This document shows, piece by piece, positions 27,101 to 42,249 of a stretch of DNA of 64,000 nucleotides; position 1 is the first letter of the stretch; each line of letters starts with the position of its first letter. Source of the stretch: the human T2T-CHM13v2.0 reference genome, Homo sapiens. The notes below the pieces were generated by a model. The model ran no database searches, had not been told where the DNA came from, and was given only the letters and a program-made list of their open reading frames with translations. The stretch lies in the NCBI RefSeq assembly GCF_009914755.1, contig NC_060930.1. The stretch is one strand, 5' to 3'. A program made the translations under genes and the position numbers.

Positions 27101-27859
27101 CTGTAAACTCCTCCTGCTCCTCTGTCCCATCTTTGACTTAAACTTGACCTGTGCCAACAGATACACATTTAGGATCAATCCTGTGGATGCCTGAGCTTGG
27201 GGGCCTTCAGCCTTTCAGTCTGTGTTGTCCTGCTCCAAGAATGTGCATGGTACTTGATATACTTTTTAAATAAAGATGTACTAATCAAGCTTTTTTCTTT
27301 GCCCTGCCCCCTCCTTCCTTCCTTCTTTCTTTCCCTCCTTTCTATTGTCCCTGCTTCATCTTATCATCCCTGCTTCCTTTCTTATCATCCCAGCATGAGA
27401 TAGTCAGTTTGAGAATGTAAAGAATTCTTGGGTTAAAACTTTGCTTTGTTGCTGGGAAAATGTGTCTAAACATCAGATTTCCATATGTCATTCAGTCAAA
27501 ACATATACTACTTCTACTGACTTCACTCCAGGTTGAAAATTTCAGTGTATATTGTAAGATGTCATGGAGGGAGAATTAGAGTTACAAATCAAGCTTCAAG
27601 AGGGTTTGTCATCATAAAACAAACATAGGAAAAAAATGAAGAGAGAGAGGGAGGGAAGAGAAGAAAGGAGGGGAGAGAAAAGGAAGAAAAAGAAAAGGAG
27701 AAAAGATATTCTTAAGGCTTGCAGCAACAACAAAAAAGGTAATCATATGAGATGATGGGTATGGTAATTCACTTGACTGTAGCCACCATTTTGCTGTGTA
27801 TATGTGTATCAATACATGTTCACCTTAAATACTCACAATAAAAAATGAATATGTACGTT

Positions 27860-28383
27860 TTCTAAAAGGTTTGCTGGTCCCCCCAGGCACCCCAGGATGC
27901 TGTGGCACATTCACAGGAGCACCCTGGGATTCCTTAAATTTTTGGAGGGAACACAGCAACATCTGTCAGATACCAGGCCAACTACCAGCTCAAAATAGTT
28001 CACAGTTTTCAACGTTAGATTTCACAAATTTTGATGACACCATGTCTTTATAAAACTGGATTTTCAGCAATTGCTGTGATAAAAAGCAAGTATCAAGTGA
28101 AAATCAATGTGGAACAAGAAGTGAAAATTGTGATCATAGTCCAAGGTTTGAGAAGGGGTGCTGTACCCAACAGATGCACAGCTGCCATTAATAAGTAAAA
28201 TTAATATGAAATAAAATATTAATATTTTTATCTAAGTTACATGTATTATTTTTTCAAACGGTTCTCATAAGATAGTAGGATATAAATGCTTATTCAGTTG
28301 TCAGGATTACCTATTTAAACAGAAGGTTAGCTGCTGCTTTTGGCCTAGGGGTACAAACAATCAAGAAAGTTTGAAAACCTCTG
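27860..28383 (+). mobile_element. hAT-Charlie (Charlie4a-like) non-autonomous element
   Basis: gagggaaacacagcaacatctgtcag, aaaatcaatgtggaacaagaa, ends aaagtttgaaaacctctg. Confidence 0.6.
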
Positions 28384-29529
28384 CTCTATGATACAACCTA
28401 ATTTAAAGGATCCATGTCAAACTTATAATCTGGAGTCCTAATCACTTCTCAAAATATTTTCCCCTTACTTTAAAGTTAGATTATCCATAGCATGTGTTTG
28501 ATAAATTTACACTGGACTTGCCGTTGAGTTTGATTTTTATGATGTTGAAACTGTAAAGGAGTTAACAATCAGAATCACTTGGATTCAGCTCTCAGTTGTT
28601 TCCAATACAAATTTGAGGCAGAAAATATAAGGAAAGACCATGAGATTTTTGACATCAGCAAAACTTTAAATTCCAGCCAGACCACTTTTTCTTTTTGAGC
28701 CACATCTCTAAAACAGGAACAAGATTCCATTGTGGGTCATTGAAAGATAAGTGAACTCATGCATATAAAATACTGTATTCTTGACACATGACATTTCCTC
28801 CTCTTTTTTGATTACTGTAGCCACTTAAAGGTGAAAAATACCTTTATAAATAAAGTTAGGTGTTTTAAATTCTGATATCAACACATGACCACCCAAAAGA
28901 TTTATATATGGAATAAAAAGATTCCTACCTTGAGAGAGATAGAGTCTGATTCTAACAAATGCAGCAAAGGAAGAAAAATTCAAAGGCAATGGACTGCAGC
29001 TGTATTTGAGGAGATCAAATTAATGAATAGTGTGGAGCACAGATTTGGGTGGCCAATCTAAGATCAAGAAGGAGATTTTCCATGGCCAAAGATGAAAAGA
29101 GCAACCAGATTAATAGGGAGGCCTAGAAGTCATGCCCTCCCCCATCCTGCTTTGAGACTAAAAGGAAATGCAGACACTATTATTCTTGATTAGTTTTCTG
29201 TCAATTATTTTCTCCCAGTACTGTTTCCTAGAGTTCTATAGCCAAAATATCTCAACGGTGTAGAAGCTGAAGCAAAGGATGTCACTTGGTGTCTCATGAT
29301 CTTCCTAGCTTCTGGGTATCTGAATACATTTCTGAGCACTAATGATGCAAGTTCTCAGGAAAAAAAAAAGCAGGGGGATGGAGGAGAACAACCTTGGGTC
29401 AAGGTAAAGGAAAACTTGGAGTTCAGAAAAACCTAAAGAAGTATGAGTTTTTAACTCCGAGGTTTATCTAATCTGCTTTTAATATGCCCAATTAATCACA
29501 AACCAATAGATGTTATACTAGACAGTCTG

Positions 29530-32500
29530 ATTCCAAAGCCCAATGCCTGCTTTCACCACTGCTGTTTACATTGTACTGGGAGTTCTAGTGAGAACTATTA
29601 GACAACAAAAAGAAGTAAAGGGCATCAAATTGGAAAGGAGTAGGTAACACTATCTCTATTTGCAGATTACATGATCATATGTATAAAGCATCCCAAAGAA
29701 ACCACAGGAAAGCAACTAGAGCTAATAAATGAATTTAGCAAAGTTACAGACTATAAGACCAATGCAAAAAAAGAAATTCATTTGTGTTTTTTTACACTAG
29801 CAATGAACAATCCGAAAAGGAAATTGAGAAAGCAGTTCCATCTACAATAGCAGCTAAACAAATTAAACACTTAGGAATATATCTAACTAAGGGGGTAAAA
29901 GATTTGTATGCTGAAAACTAAAAATCATTGCTGAAAGAAATTTATGAATATCTGAAAAATGGAAAGGTATCGTATGTTCATTAATAGGAAAACTTAGCAT
30001 TAAGATGTTAATACTACCCAAAGTGAGCTACAGATTAAACACACTCTCTATCAAAATTCTAACAGCCTGTTTTACCAAAATGGAAAAGCCAACCCTCAAA
30101 CTCATATGGAATCACAGGCAACCCCAAATAGCTAAAACAATCTCTAAAAAGTAGACTAAAACTGGAGGACTCATGTTTTCCAACTTCAAAACTTCCAACA
30201 AAGCTACAGTAACTACAACTGTGATACCTGCTTAAGGACAGACAGAGACCAAAGGACTAGAGTAGAAAGCCCAGAAATAAATTCTCACATATGTAATCAA
30301 TTGATTTTCAACAAGGGCGCCAACACCATTAAATAGAGAAAGGACAGTATTTTCAACAAATGCTGTGGGGAAAACTGGATATCCATGTGCAAAAGAATAA
30401 AGTTGGACTTCACCTTATACCATGTACAAAAATTACCTCAAAATGGATCAAATACTTAAACTTGAGTTAAAATTATAAAACTCATAGAAGAAAACATTAG
30501 GGAAAATCTTCATGACATTGGATTTGGCAATGATGTCATAAATATGACACCAAAAGTACAGGTAACAAAAAAATGGACTTCATCAAAATTAATAACTTTT
30601 GTGCATCAAAGAACGTTATCAAGAAGGCAAAAGACAACCTACAGAATGGGCGAAAATGTAAATCATATATCTGAGAAGGGATTAACATCCAAGGTAATTC
30701 CTACAACTCAACAACAACTACAACAAATCACAAACACCCTAATTCAAAAATAAGTAAAGGATTTGAATAGATATTTTTCCAAAGAAGATATACAAATGGC
30801 TAATAAACACATAAAAAGATGCTCAACATCATTCATCACTGGGGAATTGCAAATTAAAATTATGAGATATTATCTCACCCATTAGGAGACTGCTATTTAA
30901 AAAAATAGAAAATGGTAGCTCTGTTTAAGTTCTTTGAGAAATCTCCAAACTGTTTTCCACAATGGCTGAACTAATTTACATACCCACCAACCAGAGTATA
31001 AGTTTTCTCTATGTTCTTTGCAGTCTTGCCAGCATCTGTTGTTTTTTTTTGACTTTTTAATAATACCTATTCTGACTGGTATGAGATGGTATTTCACTGT
31101 GGTTTTGATTTCTCTGACAGTGATGAGCATTTTCTCATGTGTTTGTTGGTCTCTTGTGTGTCTTTTTTTGAGAAGTGTCTGTTCATGTACTTTGCCCATT
31201 TTTTAACAGTTTTGGGGTTTTGCCTGTTGATTTAAGTTCCTTATAGATTCTGAATATTAGACCTTTGTCAGAAATATAGTTTGCAAATATTTTTCTCCCA
31301 TTCTGTAGGTTGTCTGTTTACTCTGTTGATAGTTTCTTTTGCTGTGCAGAAGCTCTTTAGTTTAATTAGGTCTCACTTGTCAATTTTTGTTTTTGTTGCA
31401 ATTGCTTTTGAGGACTTAGCTAAAAATTCTTTGTCAAGGCCAATGTGAAGAAAAATATTTCCTAGGTTTTCTTCTAAGCTTTTTGTAGTTTGAGGTCTTA
31501 CATTTAAATCTTTAATCTATCTTGAGTTCATTTTTGTGTATGGTGAAAGAGAGGGGTCCAGTTTCATTCTTCTGCATACGGTTAGCCAGTTATCCCAGCC
31601 GAATTTATTAAAAAGAGATTCATTTCCCCAATGTTTGTTTTTATCTGCTTTGTCAAAGATCAGATGGTTGTAAGTGGGTGGCTTTATTTCTGAATTTTCT
31701 GTTCCATTGGTCTACGTGTCTGTTTTTGAACTAGTACCATGTTGTTTTGATTACCGTAGCCTTGTAATATAGTTTGAAGTCAGGTAGTGTGATGCCTCTA
31801 GCTTTGTTCTTTTCACTTAGGATTGCTTTGGCTATTTGGGCTCCTTTCTGTTTTCATACGAATTTGAGTATATATACCCAAAGGAAAATAAATCATTCTA
31901 CCAAAAAGACACATGCACTTGCATGTTCACCATGCTATTCACAATAGCAAAGACATGAAATCAACCTAGGTGCACATCAGTGGTGAACTGGATAAAGAGC
32001 ATGTGGTACATATACACCATGGAATACTACATAGCCATAAAAAGAAACGAAATCATATCCTTTGCAGCAAATAGACTGCAGCTGGAGGCCACAATCCTAA
32101 ATGAATTAATGCAGGAACCCAGAAAACTAAATACCACATGTTCTCACTTATAAGTGGGAGCTAAACATTGAGCACACATGGACATAAATATGGGAAGAAT
32201 AAATACTTCAGACTACTACGGGGGAAGGGAGGGAAGGGTCATGAGTTGAAAAATTACCTATTGGGTACTAGGCTCACTACCTGGGTGACAGGATCCATAC
32301 CCCAAACCTCAGCATCATGCAATATACCCATGTTACAAACCAGCACATGTACCCCTTATATCTAAAATAAATTTTGAATTAAAAAAAAAAACAAAATAAC
32401 AAATGCTAGTGAAGATGTAGAGAAGTTGAAACCCTTAAACATTTTCTGTGGAAACGTAAAATGATGCAACCACTGTGGAAAATAGTGGTGCCTCAAAATT

Positions 32501-32950
32501 TAAATCGAGAACTACCATATGACCCAGATATTCCACTCCTAACTATATATCCAATGGAATTAAAAGCTTTAACTCAAACCGATGTCTGTTTACCAATGTT
32601 TATAGCAACATTATTCACAATAGCCAAAAGGTGGGAACAACCCAACAGTCCATTGACAGATGAACGCATAAACAAAATGTAGTATATCCATACAATGGAA
32701 TATTATTCAGCCTTAAAAAGGAGTGAAATGTTACAACACAGATGAACCTTGAAAACATTAGGGTAAGTCAAATAAGCCAGACACAGGACAAATATTGTAT
32801 GACTCCAGTTACATGGGGAACCAGAATAGGCAAATTCATAGAGACACAAAGTAGAATAGAGGTTATCAGGAACTGAGGGGAGTGGGAAGAAGGAGATTCT
32901 ATTGCTTAATGGATACAGAGTCTATGTTAGGTATGACTAAAAAGTTTTAA
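29530..32950 (+). mobile_element. L1MB (ORF2 3' part and 3'UTR) interrupted at 30914-32391 by a younger L1
   Basis: Degenerate ORF2 motifs 29530-30913; host resumes at about 32398 (aacaaatgctagtgaagatgtag). Confidence 0.8.
30914..32391 (+). mobile_element. L1PB-type element with 5' inversion (30914-31865 inverted; 31866-32391 sense plus polyA)
   Basis: Orientation switch near 31865; A tail 32381-32391; degenerate TSD aaaaaa(t/c)a(g)aaaat. Confidence 0.8.
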
Positions 32951-34248
32951 CTGCAGTAATATACAAGGGAAGTGTCTAGTAGACTAAGAAATAAGTTCAG
33001 GTCATGTTGTGAAAGGTTTTGATGCCCTGCCAAGGAATCTAGACTTTATTCAGTAGTCAAGGGAGAGCCACTACAGGCTTCTAAACAGGCTTGTAAACAT
33101 TGCAGGCCATGAAGAGATTCATGTTTGGAAAGATAAGCAGCGACAATATGGAGGTTAGCTGGTTCTCCTATTGATAATCCCGGTCAATGGGTGCCCTTAC
33201 CATACCCTATATTGACACTTTTGGAAACATACAACATAGTAGTCACTTTCTCAGGCTTGGGAAAAGTTAAATTTCTACTGTTGAGCTTCCAAATGTGTCC
33301 ATTTCCAGGAGAGCTATTAGTAAGCCTCAACTTAGCCAGTTGGTGGTGGCTTTTGTTCTTGTCATTGCTATTACTGATCCTAGATCTTATCTTACTGTTG
33401 CTGATAATGGAGTTTTGTTTTGCAATAGTTGCTGTAATACATAGCTGGAAAGGATGTGCGGATCCCTTTGTTGTCTTAATTAAGAAAGTGCCTCAGTAAG
33501 AGGCAAGCTCCTGTCTTTGTAGTTCAGCATCTTTGATCCCCACTTAATCTTCGCTTGGACACTTCCACACTGAATAGCTTCTGGAAACCTAGCAACCCTC
33601 TATCCCTCCAGCACCCGCTACCTTCTCTCCTTATCTACTGCAATTTAAATAATTGACTCCAGCTTTCTGGTTTTGATTTTCTGTGTCTCAGATTCTCTTA
33701 CTACATCTGTTCAGTTAACAATTCATATGCTCTATTCTTAATAAATGGATGCAAATGCTTTACAAAAAAGCCACTCGTGATAACTATCTCAGGCTGTGAT
33801 CTCAGAAGGCAGATGCTTCTGGTTTTTTGTTTCTGTTTTTTGTTTTTTCAACCCATGTGATTTCTGCAACCTTACTTGGTATCATTTGAGATGTAAGGGA
33901 AGAGTTTCTGCTACCATAGACACCACTTCGTGGTTCACTGTGCTTAATTCCAAACTTCACAGGAAACCTCTAAATTTCTGATCATTGGCCCATTAAAGTG
34001 TTAAAACTTGGTGTCCACAAGACCAGAAAAACTAGACTATAATGTGGTCTCAACCCTGTGTTTTGGGCCTGAGTAAGTAAACCTGATCATAGCACAGTCT
34101 CTCACCCAGGAAACAATGGTGAATAGTCAATATCACATCTCATTTGGTTCCATAGTCAAGAGTAAAATAAGAAGTCAAACAGAAAATGAACCAGGAGATG
34201 GAGCTTATAGAGTCTGGGTCCCAACCACAGGAAGTAAAGAATCTTTTA

Positions 34249-34514
<266 letters not shown>

Positions 34515-36027
34515 TCAGGACGGGTTGGGTTTGTGTCTTTTTTAACAGAATGATCTGCAGGCTCTCAAAGAAAGTTCTGGAATGGCTGTTACCCTTGACT
34601 ACTTCCATATTTCCCTGATTTCATCTTTTCATCTTGATTCTCTGATAGTTTTTCTTCTCATACATTCCTCTAACCCCATATATGCAAAGTCAGATCCCAA
34701 GCCTTAAATTGGGATCCCTCTTCTCTTCTTCCCTCTTAACCCAAAATCCTCCAAGATTTTTGAAGGCAGAAAGGTTGAAAATTTCAAAGCAATCTTTAGA
34801 AAAACAGAAGTTGGTTGGATACCAGTCTAAAAATTTTAATCTCATCAAACCAGATTGCCTTGTGCCATCAGAATTATAAAAAGCTACAAGAAAATTCAGT
34901 AGCTAAAAACGTTGCAGTTTAGTTAGAAGAATATTTTTAATGACTCTAGACATATTAGTCAAAAAGAAAGTAGGGGAAAAAGGCAATTTAACACCAGCTT
35001 TTCCTCACGTTCCACGGCAAAGTCAAGCTGTATATCCGAGGAGCGGCAGTATCTCCAATTAATATTAAATGAAAAACCTGTGGCAACCTAACATCGAAGT
35101 CACAAATTTAAAGCCCCAGAAAGTCACCACCGGCTGCCATCTGGTCATCAATCCTAAACAACCTCTGTTCCTCTGTAATGTGTCAGGGAATTTAAATTTT
35201 CTTATAGTAATATTTAAAATTTGAGTTAAGATTTGAGTAGGTTGTACAGAAAGACTGCTCTTTCTCCGTGCTCAATGAAAGGGAATTGTGTCTGTTTCAT
35301 CTGGAGCCTGGTCTTTCTTGAAAAGGCAGGAGTGGTGAACCCTGCACGTCAGCCTAGAGTAAGAGCAAGAGGGGCTCATAGAGCATGGAGTTGGACTCCT
35401 TTATTTTACAGATGGAGAGACTGAGGTTAGGAGAGTTTAGTGACTTGTCCGAGGCCACCCTTCTAGTTTAGGGCATTTCTGAATAAGAATCCTTAACGTT
35501 CTCTTTGGTGTTGAGATGTTTTGGGGCAGGACTCTGGACTTACCTGTTCAGTTGTATGTAGTGTATTCACCGTTGTGTCACTTGATTTATCCATGCCAGA
35601 GTGGAGACTCAGCAAATGAATAAATAAATGAAAAATGGGAATGAGATCCCACCATATCTAAATACCAGATTGCCAAAAAGTGAGAGCTGAATTGCCTGAG
35701 TTTTCAAAGGTTCACTGAGAAATGGGGAAGAGCTTGGCATGGCCTTTGAGTCTAATTGTGGTGTCTCTTCTTCACACCAAATATCTAGGCAGACCCTAGG
35801 AATTTGATTACAGTGTATCTGCACACATATTATGCAAAGGAACCACTTGGTCTTTCACTGTGAAACAAACAAAATCCAGCATACCTCAGCTGATTTGTCA
35901 ATATCATTTTTTATGTATTCTGGGGCCCATTCTAATGACCCAGAGAAATCTCTCACAAACAAATTGGGTTTTTATAAGATTACATTGGTGATGGGAACAG
36001 AAAAAACAGGATTTAAAAAAAAAAAAA

Positions 36028-36672
<645 letters not shown>

Positions 36673-37497
36673 CTAAAACAATAAAGAGATTTTGTTCATT
36701 GGAAGAAAACAAAACAAAACAAACACTCCTTGGCAGCCAAAGGAACTCGGAGGAACACAAAACTTTACTCGGTACAGGAAGGTAACATACCATCAGATTC
36801 TCAATTACTTAGTCAACCTTGGTTTACAACAATTGACATTAAGACAGCACTCAGAAATAACAATAACGAAAACAAACTCAAACACTTGCCACCTCCTCTT
36901 ATGGAAAGACAGCAAGGGGTGGGCGGTGGGCACCAGTCAGTACCTTCCAAGGGAACATTTCCTTTACCTGGAAAAGGAATTCTAATACATGAAATTTGCT
37001 CTAAAAATTATCAGATGAGGAAAAGTAAAGCCTGCACGTGAATTTTCTCTAATGCCTACAGCCAAAAAGCAATGTCCCAGACTGGTAATATTTTTCTAAG
37101 AAATTATATTTAGCCCTTTCTCTTTCCTTTTTGACCTTCAGGAGAGGGAAAACAATTAATTTCAGAACCCACTTAATACTGGTCAGAACTTCCTCTGTTT
37201 TCAGACAGTGACAGGTACCAGGTCCTCCCTTCTGCAGACAATCTTTCCTGTCTCTCTAAATGTTTTGTAATCAGATGTGGTAGTTCCAAATTCTCTTTAT
37301 TCCAAACAGAGCCAGGAAGTAATTTCTCAGACAGTTTAACTTTGATAGCAGGTAATTTTAATCTATCGCAAACATCAGCCTGACATGGACTTGTTATCTT
37401 CATTATTTTAATTACTCTTTTGGGCCACTTTTTTCCCTCATTCCTTCCAGGAAGGAGTGAATAGAAATTGGCAGCTTTAATCTTATCATGCCATGGA

Positions 37498-37528
<31 letters not shown>

Positions 37529-38349
37529 GCTTACTAATGGCGTCATTTAGCCATGTATCTTAAGTAATGAAATTTGTTTGTGAAACTCTTTATCTTAATA
37601 AAAAAAGGGAAAAAGTTACCTTTTCTGATGGGAAGTCACCCACCTCTGTCACACTGCTGTCTATGCTGTTCTGAACAGCTGACAGTTTCTGTTAATTTAC
37701 TTTAACTCCCCAGTTCAACTTTCCCATATGGAAAGCTGGAGTGATTTTTGAATAACAGCAAGTAATATCTGATGTGGCAGCAACTGGCAGCTCTGACATT
37801 GAGCTTGACTGTGGCCATTACCCAGGATTCCCCGCTTCTCCTTGAGAAGCAATTACAATTTCACAGGATGGAATTAAAATTCCCTGTGGTAAGCAATAGA
37901 GCAACCGACACTGTCAAAGTGATTTCAAGCTGCTAATCTCTTGCTGGAGTATGAGTGAAAATAGAGTTCCTCTTCATGGAAACCGAGGCCTGACAACTTT
38001 AAAACTCCGAATCTTTGATATATTTTAATTAGCTCCAAGGTCAGCCAGCAGTGACCCAACAAAATTTGTTATAGCACTAGATGGTGGAATATAGGGGCAT
38101 TTTCACTGAAGTAGGGTTGGGAGGAGGCAGAAGAAGCATTTGGACTGAGAATGAACATAACAAAAAGCAGGCCCAGCTTTTGTATGAACCATATGAGGAG
38201 AGAAGGAAGTATACAACAACTTCTGAGATCTAATCTGGGGAAGGACACAGAGGATAAATGCCTTCGGGCCAGGTTCTCCAACTTCTTTCTGGAGATCCTC
38301 TTCTCACAGATCAGAGGGTGCAGCCCCCACTGTGCCGGGAAGAGCACCG

Positions 38350-38590
38350 AGGCAGTGTGCTGTATCAGAAGGCTCAGAGCTTTGGGCATGACACCTGGGT
38401 TCACACCCTTCTCCACCCACTCACTGTGTGATCTCTTACGATGAAATAGAAAGTCATCGAAACTCAGCTTCCTCATTGGTAGAATGGGCTCAAATATACC
38501 CACTTTGCAGAGTTGTGATGGATCAGGTATGAAAAGTGCTCTTCCCAGCGGCCCATACATCACAGATACTGATTAAATATTAGCTATTAT
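38350..38590 (+). mobile_element. MIR
   Basis: ctcagcttcctcatt core; taaatattagctattatt end. Confidence 0.55.
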
Positions 38591-39680
38591 TAACAAACAG
38601 AAAGGTCTTGTCTAATCATGAGGTTCCCCAAACCTCATAACTTTTGTCATAGCCAATGACCGTCGACAGAATTGTTTACTCAATGGTTTGTTTTCAACGA
38701 CTCACTTTGGAAACTTTAGGAACACTTTATATCATGAATGGGAAACCTATATCTCTTGCCATACATAATTACCATTTAAAACAATGCAAAATAAGAAGAG
38801 TTAATAAACTCTACTTAGCATTGCCTGAAGAAGGCTATGGTATTCAGTTAACAAACAAACAACAAAAAAGAAGAACCAGAACTGGTAGAGAGATCGGAAC
38901 CAAACTAAGCTGAGGTCTCAATCCTTATCAACCTTTACCAATCGCCCACCTGTGCCTATCTTTGGGGGCCTGGTCCATTTTTATTAGCCTACTTGTTTCA
39001 TTTCCTGTAGCCTCATTTTCTTCTTACATTTGAAAATAGTGAAGGATGTATACCTAGCAGAGAAGCAAGTCAACCCCTCTGAGTTTTTCTATTACTTGAC
39101 TTCCTGGATGCTGATTTGAGTTTACAAGCGTAAACACATGGGTAACACTGATTTTCTTTCTTCCTCATGAACAAAGAGGCAGCCCCTATGAATGAGTGTT
39201 GGTAGGAATCCAGCAATACCCCTCACTCATGAATTTCATGATGGTCAGGGGCACTGATGGAGCAGAGCCAGTCTCTGTCCTGCCCAGCCCCTGACCTCTT
39301 TCGTTCCTTCTGAGTGCCCAGCCCTGCGATGCAGGCGTGAGCTCAGGAGCCTCTGATTAATTTTCATGTTGTTCCATGATGCCCTGGGTTATGTTTGCTC
39401 TGACCAGTTTTTCAGAGGAAAATTACAAAGCAGGTATTTTTTCTACAGCTACCCAACCACATTGTGTGACTTTATCCTTTTCTTTTTCAATTTAATATTT
39501 TTCTTTTGTTAAAGAGTTTTTCTAAAGTCTTCAAGCTAAGCCCGTGTCCATTCTTGGAATGACAGGTGTTTCAACTACATTTTAAAAACTGCACTCAATA
39601 GAAAGATCATCTATAGGTAAAAGTCCAGGGCCAGCCTTAGAGCTGGTACATCAATACTCCTGGAATAAATGAGTTTTTAG

Positions 39681-40022
<342 letters not shown>

Positions 40023-40024
40023 CT

Positions 40025-40840
<816 letters not shown>

Positions 40841-41171
40841 ATCTTTGATGACTCATTCTTTTGGACTATGCATCTCCATTTCCTTACATCCTTTCAAAAA
40901 TTAGTTATAAAAATTTTCAAACGTTCCAAAAGTTGAGACTACCACAAGCCCCATGCACCCACCACTCATCTTCAGCAGCCATCAGATTTCTGCCATACCT
41001 GTTTCATCTATATCCCTCATCCACACGCCCCTTTTTAATTTTTGCTGAAGAATTTCAAAGCAAATACCAGATATTCTGTAATTTCTCCCCACAAAACTTA
41101 AATATACAACTAAAATGGGGAGCAGCATCTTCTTACATAATCACCTTAATAAAATTAAAACTAATTAACTC

Positions 41172-41464
<293 letters not shown>

Positions 41465-42249
41465 CTAATTAACTTCTTAATATTAGTCAATGCATACTCT
41501 ATATTTACATTTCCCTACTAGTCTTAAAATAAAAATACTGTCTTGCCTTTGATTTGTTTGAATCAGGATCCAAACCAGGTCCATTGTATTTGATTAATTT
41601 ATCTCTGGAGTGTCCTTTAAGTTGGTTTTAATCTCTTTCTTCTTTATCTATGCTACGGGCTTATGAAAGAAACCAGGTCAGGGGTCTTACAGAAAGTCTC
41701 CCGTTCTGTAACTGGCTAATGTCTTTCTTGTGGTGTTGTTTATACACTCTCTTAAAGTAAACATTTTGTTTCTGCAATAGTAATATAGTCAGTTCCTGTG
41801 GCTGCCACTCTCAAGCTTTAATCCCAACCATAATTATCACCACAGATACTTTTTTAAAAATTCAGATTCCTGGCCCTTGTGCCCCTCACTCTCCAGGCTC
41901 CCCTCCCCACCCTAGAGGGTTTGATTGGGAAGTTCTACATTGCAGCCCAGACATCTGCATCTTTAGCACACTTTTCAGGCAATTTGAATGCAGGTGGTCC
42001 CTAATTACAAGGTAGAAGGACCAAATCTTCTAGCGATGGAGTTTTATCGATCACCTTTGCTTTTTATGACTAAAAAAACAGCTCCGTTCTGCTGATGGAA
42101 TCCCAAAGGTGTCCCAGGGGCCTAGCAGAGAAGACAAAAACAGGTTTTACCCTCTTCACAATTTGGCCAACTTTGGCCACCTCGGCCAGGGACCATCCTT
42201 ATGACAGGTTAAGCAATCAGGGGCCCACCAACTCTGGGATGAAGACCCC

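Noticed and set aside
27290-27705. Pyrimidine and purine tracts as a triplex or structured element
   Set aside because: Low-complexity sequence without clear mirror symmetry.
38074-38087. CTCF-like GCACTAGATGGTGG
   Set aside because: Two mismatches at informative C positions; cannot be supported without ChIP data.
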